Assembly: GCA_012521995.1 (NCBI GenBank)
Contig: JAAYLH010000078.1
Location: forward strand, 5,535 to 69,534
Length of the DNA: 64,000 nucleotides
Direction: 5' to 3'
Origin: Bacteroidales bacterium
GTDB lineage: Bacteria > Bacteroidota > Bacteroidia > Bacteroidales > UBA7960
Positions 56,931-64,000 of the stretch are shown here, one piece after another. Position 1 is the first letter of the stretch, and every line of letters starts with the position of its first letter. A program made the translations under genes and the position numbers. The notes beneath the pieces were generated by a model, which made no database searches, was not told the origin of the DNA, and saw only the letters and a program-made list of their open reading frames with translations.

Positions 56931-56947
56931 TGATTAATTTTTAATCA
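56931..56947. promoter_or_regulatory. Perfect palindrome TGATTAA-TTT-TTAATCA (candidate operator) 18 bp upstream of the radical-SAM gene
   Basis: 7-bp arms are exact reverse complements. An extra TGATTA half-site lies at 56901-56906. Confidence 0.4.
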
Positions 56948-56964
56948 TTAAAAGATATAAACCC

Positions 56965-58215
56965 GTGAAGGAACAGGTCCTGAAAAAATTACAGGTACTT
57001 GCCGATGCAGCCAAGTACGACGTGTCCTGTTCTTCCAGTGGAAGTACGCGCCCCGCCAAGGATGGAGCCCTGGGCAATGCCGCCAGGGCCGGCGTCTGTC
57101 ATTCGTTCACCGAGGATGGCCGTTGCATTTCCCTGCTCAAAATCCTCTATACCAATTATTGCATCTACGACTGTGCCTATTGCATCAACCGCCGCAGCAA
57201 TGACTTGCCCAGAGCCGCCTTCTCGGTGGATGAGCTGGTGGACCTGACGCTGAATTTTTATCGGCGAAACTACATCGAAGGCCTGTTTCTCAGCTCAGGG
57301 GTGGTGGTCAGCCCCGATCACACCATGGAGCGCCTCATTGCCGTGGCCCGCAAGCTCCGTAACGAGCATCATTTCAATGGTTACATCCATATGAAGGCCA
57401 TCCCCGGCGCCAGCGCTGAGCTGGTGGCTGAAGCAGGCCTCTGGGCCGACCGCCTCAGTGTCAACATTGAGATCCCTTCCGAGAATAACCTGCGGCTGTT
57501 GGCTCCCGAAAAGAACTTCGGCAGCGTCCTCAGCCCCATGAACCAAATCCACCAGGGCATTGTGGTTAACAAGGAAGAACGCAGGAAATTTCGCAAGGCC
57601 CCCCGCTTTGTCCCTGCAGGGCAAAGCACCCAGCTCATCGTGGGGGCCAGCCCCGAAAGCGACTTCGATATCCTGCGTCTGGCCTCAGGCTTTTACAAGC
57701 AACAGCAACTTAAACGCGTTTACTATTCTGGTTTCGTGCCCGTTAACCTCAACGACAGCCGCTTGCCTGCCTTACTTAAGCCTCCCCTGGTTCGGGAAAA
57801 CCGCCTGTACCAGGCCGATTGGCTGATGCGCTTCTATCAGTTCAGCTTTGACGAGATTCTTGACGACAACCACAGTTTCCTCGACCCCAATTTTGATCCC
57901 AAGCTGACCTGGGCTTTGCGTAACCCCGCATTCTTCCCCATCGACCTGAACACCGCTTCCTATGAGATGATACTCAGGGTGCCCGGTATTGGGGTGCGCT
58001 CTGCCAAACTCATCGTTACCAACCGTCGTTTTGGAAGCATCACCTTCACCCACCTCAAGCGCATGGGCGTAGCCCTCAAACGTGCACGCTATTTCATCCT
58101 GTGCCGCGAACTACCCTTGCAGCTCAAAGAAGTGGACCCTGTTTACATACGCCGCAAACTGTCGCCCTCTATTCAACCCAAAGCCGTCCAGCTAAGCCTC
58201 TTCGAACATGCATGA
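56965..58215 (+). CDS. Putative DNA modification/repair radical SAM protein (TIGR03916-like)
   Basis: N-terminal LADAAKYDVSC. Radical-SAM cluster motif CIYDCAYC. C-terminal helix-hairpin-helix LRVPGIGVRSAKLIV. GTG start. Confidence 0.85.
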   Translation: MKEQVLKKLQVLADAAKYDVSCSSSGSTRPAKDGALGNAARAGVCHSFTEDGRCISLLKILYTNYCIYDCAYCINRRSNDLPRAAFSVDELVDLTLNFYRRNYIEGLFLSSGVVVSPDHTMERLIAVARKLRNEHHFNGYIHMKAIPGASAELVAEAGLWADRLSVNIEIPSENNLRLLAPEKNFGSVLSPMNQIHQGIVVNKEERRKFRKAPRFVPAGQSTQLIVGASPESDFDILRLASGFYKQQQLKRVYYSGFVPVNLNDSRLPALLKPPLVRENRLYQADWLMRFYQFSFDEILDDNHSFLDPNFDPKLTWALRNPAFFPIDLNTASYEMILRVPGIGVRSAKLIVTNRRFGSITFTHLKRMGVALKRARYFILCRELPLQLKEVDPVYIRRKLSPSIQPKAVQLSLFEHA

Positions 58216-59008
58216 AATGAAAGCCTCCTCTCTCAGCCTGGTGTATGACGGCAGCTACGATGGCTTCCTCTGTGCGGTATTCGAAGCCTTTGAACGCCGT
58301 ATCCTTCCACAAGCCCTGTTGCCTGCCAGCAGGCCCTTACAGCTTTTGCTTGGCGATCAACAGATGCTTGAAACCCATCCCAACCTTGCCGAACGGGTGC
58401 GCAAAGGGATAATCCGCAAGTCATCGCCTCGCAATGCCAGCCTGCTGCACGTGGCTTTCCTTTCGGAACTGCCGGGGGTGGAGTTGCTGTTGTTGCGCTA
58501 TCTGGTCAAGTTGTTTGCCGATGCCGGGGGCCGCTACTGGCAAAATATGCTCGACGAGGAGGTGTTTGAGGTGGTTCAGATTGCCCGCAAAGTCAAAAAG
58601 GAAGTCCACCGTTTCAATGGCTTTGTGCGTTTTCAGGAAACCGCCGATGGAATGTTCTTCGCGCCTATCGACCCCGACCATAACATCATCCGCCTGCTGG
58701 CCCGCCATTTTAGGACCCGCTTCTCAGGTCAGCAATGGATTATTTACGACACCAAGCGTAACTACGGCATTTATTACGATCTCCATACTGTGCAGGAGGT
58801 GGTGCTTCAAAACCACCGCATCAACTTCAATGCAGGCAATGTGGCCGGCGAAGTCAAAGCCCTAGATGAGGACTTTTACTGCCGCCTCTGGCAGGAATAC
58901 TACGATGCCGTCAACATCCTCGAGCGCCAAAACCATCGACAGATGACCAATCTGATGCCCCGGCGTTACTGGAAATACCTCCCCGAAAAGAACAAGGCAG
59001 GCAAGTAA
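58208..59008 (+). CDS. DUF4130 / TIGR03915-like putative DNA repair protein (no fused UDG domain)
   Basis: LVYDGSYDGFLCAVFEAFE N-terminus and ...RFNGFVRFQE...FAPI.PDHNI... core. An 8-nt overlap with the radical-SAM gene. Confidence 0.8.
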   Translation: MHEMKASSLSLVYDGSYDGFLCAVFEAFERRILPQALLPASRPLQLLLGDQQMLETHPNLAERVRKGIIRKSSPRNASLLHVAFLSELPGVELLLLRYLVKLFADAGGRYWQNMLDEEVFEVVQIARKVKKEVHRFNGFVRFQETADGMFFAPIDPDHNIIRLLARHFRTRFSGQQWIIYDTKRNYGIYYDLHTVQEVVLQNHRINFNAGNVAGEVKALDEDFYCRLWQEYYDAVNILERQNHRQMTNLMPRRYWKYLPEKNKAGK

Positions 59009-59088
59009 AATTGCTTGCCTCCGGCAATGGGAATGCGCTGCAGGTTTGGAAAAAAATGACCAAATTTGTGGTGCAGATCCCAAAGCCA

Positions 59089-60903
59089 ATGAAGCGCCCC
59101 GGCACCCCTCATAAAGAACGCATCCAACTTGCCCTGAAAACCCTCCCGGGTAAGCCCGGCGTCTACCAGTTCTATGACGAGCAGGGGCGCATCATTTACA
59201 TCGGTAAGGCCAAAAACCTGAAGAAAAGGGTGTCGTCCTATTTTAACCGGGAGCATTACGACAGCGGCAAGGTAATGGTGATGGTGAAGCGTGTGGCCGA
59301 CATCCGCCACATCATTGTCGACAGCGAACTCGATGCTTTGCTGCTCGAAAACAACCTCATCAAGAAGTATCAGCCGCGCTACAACATCATGCTCAAGGAC
59401 GACAAGACCTACCCCTGGATCTGCATCAAGAATGAGCCCTTCCCCCGCATCCTAACCACCCGTAACCTGGTGCGCGACGGCAGCAAATACTTCGGCCCCT
59501 ATGCCTCGGGCAAGATGATGCACGCCCTGCTCGACCTCATCCGCCACCTTTTCCAGTACCGCACCTGTCGCCTCAACCTCAGCCCCGAAAACATCAGTGC
59601 AGGCAAGTTCAAGGTCTGCCTCGAATATCACCTGGGCAACTGCCTGGGGCCCTGCGAGGGACTGCAGTCGCCCGAGGACTATCAGGAGACCATGGACCAG
59701 ATCGAGGAGATCATCAAGGGCAACCTGGTGGAGGTCAAGGCAAAGCTCAAAGCAAGGATGAAAACCTATGCCGAAGCCTATGAATTTGAGAAAGCCCAGG
59801 CCGTCAAGCAAAGGATCGAACTGCTCGAGCATTATCAGGGCAAATCTACTGTAGTCAATATGTCGGTAACCAATGTGGATGTCTTCTCGGTCATCAGCGA
59901 CGAGGATTATGGTTATGTGAACTTTATGAAGGTGATCAACGGAGCAGTGGTCCAGTCGCATACCCTTGAGGTGCGCAAAAAGCTTGATGAAACCGATGCC
60001 GAGCTCCTTGAGATGGCTATGGTAGAGTTGCGGCAGCGCTTCCAGAGTGAGGCCGTCGAATCAGTGGTGCCTTTCAAGCCCTCTATCCCTGTGCCGGGGG
60101 TACGCATTACCATCCCGCAAAGGGGCGACAAGAAAAAACTGCTCGAGCTCTCAGAGCGCAACGCCAAATATTATCGCCTCGAGAAACTCAAGCAAAAGGA
60201 ATTGGTCGACCCCGAGCGTCATACCCGCCGCATCCTGAAAAAAATGCAGGATGACCTGCACCTGCCGGCTCCGCCCGCCTACATTGAGTGTTTCGACAAC
60301 AGCAACACCCAGGGCACCTATCCCGTGGCGGCCATGGTGGTGTTTCGCGATGCCCGCCCCAGCAAGAAGGATTACCGTCATTTTAACATCAAAACCGTGG
60401 AAGGCCCCGACGACTTCGCCAGCATGGAAGAGGTCGTCACCCGTCGCTATAAGCGTTTGCAGGCCGATGGCCAGCTCCTGCCCGACCTGGTGGTGGTTGA
60501 TGGGGGCAAGGGTCAGCTCAGCGCCGCCGTTGAGGCTCTGCAGAGCCTGGGCCTGCGTGGGAAAGTACCCATTATTGGCATCGCAAAACGCCTCGAAGAG
60601 ATTTATTTCCCCGGCGACACCATCCCCATTTATATTGACAAGAAATCGGAAACGCTCAAGGTCATTCAGCACCTGCGCGACGAAGCCCACCGCTTTGGAA
60701 TCACCCACCATCGCAAACGCCGCGAGAAGGGGAGCCTCAAATCGCAGCTTTCAGAAATAAAGGGCATCGGCCCCCAAACCGAACAAATCCTGCTGAACAC
60801 CTTTAAATCGGTGGCAGGCATCAAACGCGCCAGCGAAGAAGAACTGAAAAAAGTCGTCGGAAAAGCCAAAACCAGGATACTGAAGGATTTTTTTAAAGAT
60901 TGA
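59089..60903 (+). CDS. uvrC: Excinuclease ABC subunit C
   Basis: GIY-YIG (PGVYQFYDEQGRIIYIGKAKNLKKRVSSYF...YNI), UVR domain (FEKAQAVKQRIELLE), endonuclease domain, C-terminal HhH2 (IKGIGPQTEQILLNTFKSVAGIKRAS). The start is ambiguous: ATG 59089 fits UvrC N-termini best; ATG 59056 and TTG 59011 (2 nt after the DUF4130 stop) are alternatives. Confidence 0.93.
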   Translation: MKRPGTPHKERIQLALKTLPGKPGVYQFYDEQGRIIYIGKAKNLKKRVSSYFNREHYDSGKVMVMVKRVADIRHIIVDSELDALLLENNLIKKYQPRYNIMLKDDKTYPWICIKNEPFPRILTTRNLVRDGSKYFGPYASGKMMHALLDLIRHLFQYRTCRLNLSPENISAGKFKVCLEYHLGNCLGPCEGLQSPEDYQETMDQIEEIIKGNLVEVKAKLKARMKTYAEAYEFEKAQAVKQRIELLEHYQGKSTVVNMSVTNVDVFSVISDEDYGYVNFMKVINGAVVQSHTLEVRKKLDETDAELLEMAMVELRQRFQSEAVESVVPFKPSIPVPGVRITIPQRGDKKKLLELSERNAKYYRLEKLKQKELVDPERHTRRILKKMQDDLHLPAPPAYIECFDNSNTQGTYPVAAMVVFRDARPSKKDYRHFNIKTVEGPDDFASMEEVVTRRYKRLQADGQLLPDLVVVDGGKGQLSAAVEALQSLGLRGKVPIIGIAKRLEEIYFPGDTIPIYIDKKSETLKVIQHLRDEAHRFGITHHRKRREKGSLKSQLSEIKGIGPQTEQILLNTFKSVAGIKRASEEELKKVVGKAKTRILKDFFKD

Positions 60904-61005
60904 TTTGGTTAACTGAAATAAATAGCCTTTTTTTGCTTTTGCCTCTGGTTTTGAGGCCAGGTATCCTATTCAGATAAGCCCTTATTAAGTCTTCTTGTTT
61001 TTTTA

Positions 61006-61788
61006 ATGACTACAGAACGATTCGGGGAACAGGACAACAGGCTCTATTCACAAGCCGCAATTGCCATTGCCACCTATCTTGGCGGCCCCGTGGCAGCAGT
61101 TGCACTGATGCGCCGGAACTTTATCAATCTTGGCCAGGAACAATGGGGGAAGCATGCCTTTTTCATTGGATTTATCGTCACCGTAATGATTTTCCTGGGG
61201 ATTTTTATGATGCCTGAGGCCATTCTTGAAAAAATTCCTGAACCCCTGATCCCTGCCATCTATACCGGTATTATTTTCCTCATCGTGGAGCGCCTGCAGG
61301 GAACTAAAATAAAGGAGCACAATGAAAACAACCTCCCTTTCTTCTCTAAATGGCGGGCTGCAGGCATTGGCGCAATTTATCTTTCTGGATTACTGGCAGT
61401 AATATTTACCTATGCGTATTTAAGCCCTGATGATTTCGATAGCGTGGCCTACGACCAGGGAATCAGTGAGTTCGTGCACAACGAGGAACAATCGATGGAG
61501 GTTTTCATTTTGCTTGAAAGCGGGCAGATAAGCCAAGTGGTTCGTTTTATCCCCGAAAGGGCTATTCCCCTCTGGCAACGCAACCTGGAAATTACCAGGG
61601 ATATTGCAGGAATTGAGGGCCTTTACCCCGAGCTGAAAACCCAAGCCGAACAACTTCAGGAATATGCACATTTGCGCATTAAATCACTGGAACTGATCAG
61701 AAAGGGGCTGGTGGAGGATACCGATGATTATGATACAGAAATCGATATGATTTTCATGGAGATCAATGAAATCCTTGAAAATTTGTAA
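61006..61788 (+). CDS. Hypothetical membrane protein
   Basis: Four predicted TM helices in the first 140 aa, then an acidic helical soluble domain. No family recognised. Confidence 0.6.
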   Translation: MTTERFGEQDNRLYSQAAIAIATYLGGPVAAVALMRRNFINLGQEQWGKHAFFIGFIVTVMIFLGIFMMPEAILEKIPEPLIPAIYTGIIFLIVERLQGTKIKEHNENNLPFFSKWRAAGIGAIYLSGLLAVIFTYAYLSPDDFDSVAYDQGISEFVHNEEQSMEVFILLESGQISQVVRFIPERAIPLWQRNLEITRDIAGIEGLYPELKTQAEQLQEYAHLRIKSLELIRKGLVEDTDDYDTEIDMIFMEINEILENL

Positions 61789-61845
61789 AGGTTTGGTTTA
61801 AAAGGTATTTTTTAGGAAATTCGCTTTTTATTTAAGAAACGGGCA

Positions 61846-63624
61846 ATGGAACTCCAACCTTGGGTTGACAAGTTTTTGGTCTGGCGGCAGAAGCACCTCA
61901 GCGACCGCAATTTTTTGATCCTCCTGTCGATGATCATAGGAATGCTGGCCGCCGTAGCAGCTGTGGCGCTGAAAACGGGGGTCCATTATTTTGAGGCCTG
62001 GGTAAGGCGCATTCCCGGGCTGCATATGGAAAATTACTTCTTCCTGGTGTTCCCGCTCATCGGCATCCTGGTCACTGTGCTGTTCATTCGTTATTTCGTC
62101 CGCGATGACATCAGCCACGGGGTCTCGCGCATCCTGTACGCCATCTCGAGAAACAAGGGGGTGATGAAGCTTCACAACACCTGGACATCAGTGGTGGCCT
62201 GTACTTTCACCAGCGGCTTTGGGGGCTCGGTGGGGATGGAGGCCCCCATCGTCAGCACAGGGGCGGCCATTGGCTCAAACCTGGCACAGGCTGCCAGGCT
62301 GGGCCACAAGCGTACAATTCTGCTTATAGGTTGCGGCTCGGCAGCCGCCGTGGCAGCCATTTTCAAAGCTCCCATAGCAGGGCTCATCTTTGCCCTCGAG
62401 GTGCTGATGCTCGACCTCACCATGGCCTCCATCATCCCCCTGCTCACCGCGGCAGTGACAGGCGCCATTTTCTCCGCCTTTTTCCTGGGCGAAGGCGTCG
62501 AGTTTTATTTCACCCTTAAGGATGCCTTCAACTATTCGTCCATCCCCTTTTATATCATCCTGGGGGCCTTTACAGGGATGATCTCTCTTTACTTCTCGTG
62601 GATGAACGGCAAGGTGGAGGGGCGTATGAAAAAGATCGGCCGAACCTGGAAAAGACTCTTGATCGGGGGCCTGGTGCTGGGGGTGCTCATCTTCCTGTTC
62701 CCGCCCCTTTTTGGCGAAGGTTATTTTACGATGCGCAGCATGCTCTCGGGACAACCTGAGCAGCTGCTTCTGGAAAGCCCTTTCGGGCACCTGGTCGACC
62801 ATTCAGGCCTGCTGTTCATCGGCTTCCTGGTGGCCGTGCTCTTCCTTAAGGTAGTGGCCATGTCGCTCACCACCGGGGCAGGCGGAATCGGCGGGGTGTT
62901 CGCCCCAAGCCTCTTTGTGGGCAATATCGCTGGATTTATTTTCGCCCGCCTGATCAACACCTTCAGTGGCTTCAGGGTCTCTGAATATAACTTCACCCTG
63001 GTGGGCATGGCTGGGCTGCTGGCAGGGGTGATGCACGCACCCCTCACTGCTATATTCCTCATCGCCGAAATCACGGGAGGCTATGAGCTTTTCATCCCCC
63101 TCATCATCACCTCTTCCATCTCCTATCTGACAGCCCACTATTTCCAGTCCCATTCCATTTATACCAAGAACCTGGCGGCCCGGGGCGAACTCCTTACCCA
63201 CGACCTCGACCAGAACGTCTTGACCCTGCTCAACGTGGAATCTGTCATTGAAACCAGCCTTGACACCGTGAACCCTGAAATGAACCTGGGCGAGCTGGTT
63301 AAGGTCATCGCCAGGTCTAAGCGCAACATCTACCCCGTACTCGACCCCGACAACAACTTCCTGGGCATTGTCTGGCTTGACGACGTGCGCGAGATTATGT
63401 TCGACCGAAGCCAGTACGACGAACTGAAGGTGCGCAACCTCATGTTCTATCCCCGAGCTACGGTCAACCTCACCGACACCATGGAAACCGTGATGCAGAA
63501 ATTCCGCGACAGCGGCCTGTGGAATATGGCGGTGCTGCAGGATGGAAAATACAAAGGCTATGTGTCGCGCTCCAACGTTTTCAATGTCTATCGCGGAATG
63601 CTGCTCGAGTTTTCGGAAGAATAA
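61846..63624 (+). CDS. ClC-family voltage-gated chloride channel/antiporter with C-terminal CBS pair
   Basis: GGSVGMEAP and GGIGGVFAPSLFVG selectivity-filter motifs, more than 10 TM helices, and a C-terminal CBS pair (YPVLDPDNNFLGIV...; MAVLQDGKYKGYVS). Confidence 0.9.
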   Translation: MELQPWVDKFLVWRQKHLSDRNFLILLSMIIGMLAAVAAVALKTGVHYFEAWVRRIPGLHMENYFFLVFPLIGILVTVLFIRYFVRDDISHGVSRILYAISRNKGVMKLHNTWTSVVACTFTSGFGGSVGMEAPIVSTGAAIGSNLAQAARLGHKRTILLIGCGSAAAVAAIFKAPIAGLIFALEVLMLDLTMASIIPLLTAAVTGAIFSAFFLGEGVEFYFTLKDAFNYSSIPFYIILGAFTGMISLYFSWMNGKVEGRMKKIGRTWKRLLIGGLVLGVLIFLFPPLFGEGYFTMRSMLSGQPEQLLLESPFGHLVDHSGLLFIGFLVAVLFLKVVAMSLTTGAGGIGGVFAPSLFVGNIAGFIFARLINTFSGFRVSEYNFTLVGMAGLLAGVMHAPLTAIFLIAEITGGYELFIPLIITSSISYLTAHYFQSHSIYTKNLAARGELLTHDLDQNVLTLLNVESVIETSLDTVNPEMNLGELVKVIARSKRNIYPVLDPDNNFLGIVWLDDVREIMFDRSQYDELKVRNLMFYPRATVNLTDTMETVMQKFRDSGLWNMAVLQDGKYKGYVSRSNVFNVYRGMLLEFSEE

Positions 63625-63752
63625 GCCGCCCCTTCCTGCATTTCTTTTTTGATCCTTATCCCTACGGGATCGCCACCTTCCTGAATATTCTTTTCAGGGG
63701 AGTCAACCCTTCATTGATCCCTTCACGGGATCTTTCGCTTTTTTATTTTAAC

Positions 63753-63808
63753 CGTATCATAAACGGGTCATAAACTTTTTAGAACGGCTAAGACCCGTTT
63801 ATGATACG
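63753..63808. repeat. Perfect 17-bp inverted repeat built from 11-bp-phased CCGTA/ACGG units
   Basis: CGTATCATAAACGGGTC (63753-63769), 22-nt spacer, GACCCGTTTATGATACG (63792-63808, exact reverse complement). CpG at 63753, 63764, 63785, 63796 and 63807. The left arm shares AACCGTATCAT with the array at 39104. Confidence 0.95.
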
Positions 63809-64000
63809 ACTGAAGTAAGACCCCTAATAAAGCCCGAAGGGGGGCTGAATCCACCCCAAACCTGCTTCAGCGACCTGCCATGGTCTTGTACGGCAGGGCC
63901 ACATACGAACCTGGCACGAGGCATACAAGAGGATGGTACGAGCGTGCCTGAATGAAAAATAGAAAAATAAAAATGAAAAATAATAAAAATGAGATAAAAG

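Overview
This is a densely coding Bacteroidota-type chromosomal segment. Markers are a T9SS type-B sorting-domain cargo protein, a GldA-like ABC ATPase, CarboxypepD_reg-type TonB receptors and a TAnnTTTG promoter box. Most of the window is housekeeping: tRNA-Gln, rimP-nusA-infB, pgi, tdk, rsmI, lepA, DUF177-rpmF-plsX-fabH, mazG-like, dtd, rsgA, metK, nadD-gmk-yicC, uvrC and a ClC channel. Less ordinary modules: (1) an orphaned LytTR response regulator whose kinase gene is reduced to a frameshifted 3' fragment; (2) an ECF sigma factor with a TM/beta-barrel partner; (3) sdaA and a SagB-like nitroreductase lying divergent to a 1076-aa single-chain HcnA/B/C-like multi-cofactor oxidoreductase; (4) a synthase-dependent exopolysaccharide operon (REC, TPR+YaiO-like barrel, HEAT/TM protein, processive GT2) next to a hybrid kinase whose ATP-binding boxes look degenerate; (5) an OmpR/HK pair with two TonB receptors, two HMA metal-binding proteins and a Cys-rich membrane protein; (6) a radical-SAM / DUF4130 pair abutting uvrC behind a perfect palindrome. 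The most unusual thing I can see directly is non-coding. Four intergenic loci (2600-2698, 21624-21680, 39105-39203, 63753-63808) carry arrays of related short units whose CpG cores (ACGT / TACGG / CCGTA) recur every 11 bp. Three of them include a perfect 17-bp inverted repeat built from two such units. I cannot assign these arrays to any element class I know. A 917-bp ORF-free gap (21491-22407) is also unexplained. All family names are recalled from motifs read by eye; no searches were run.
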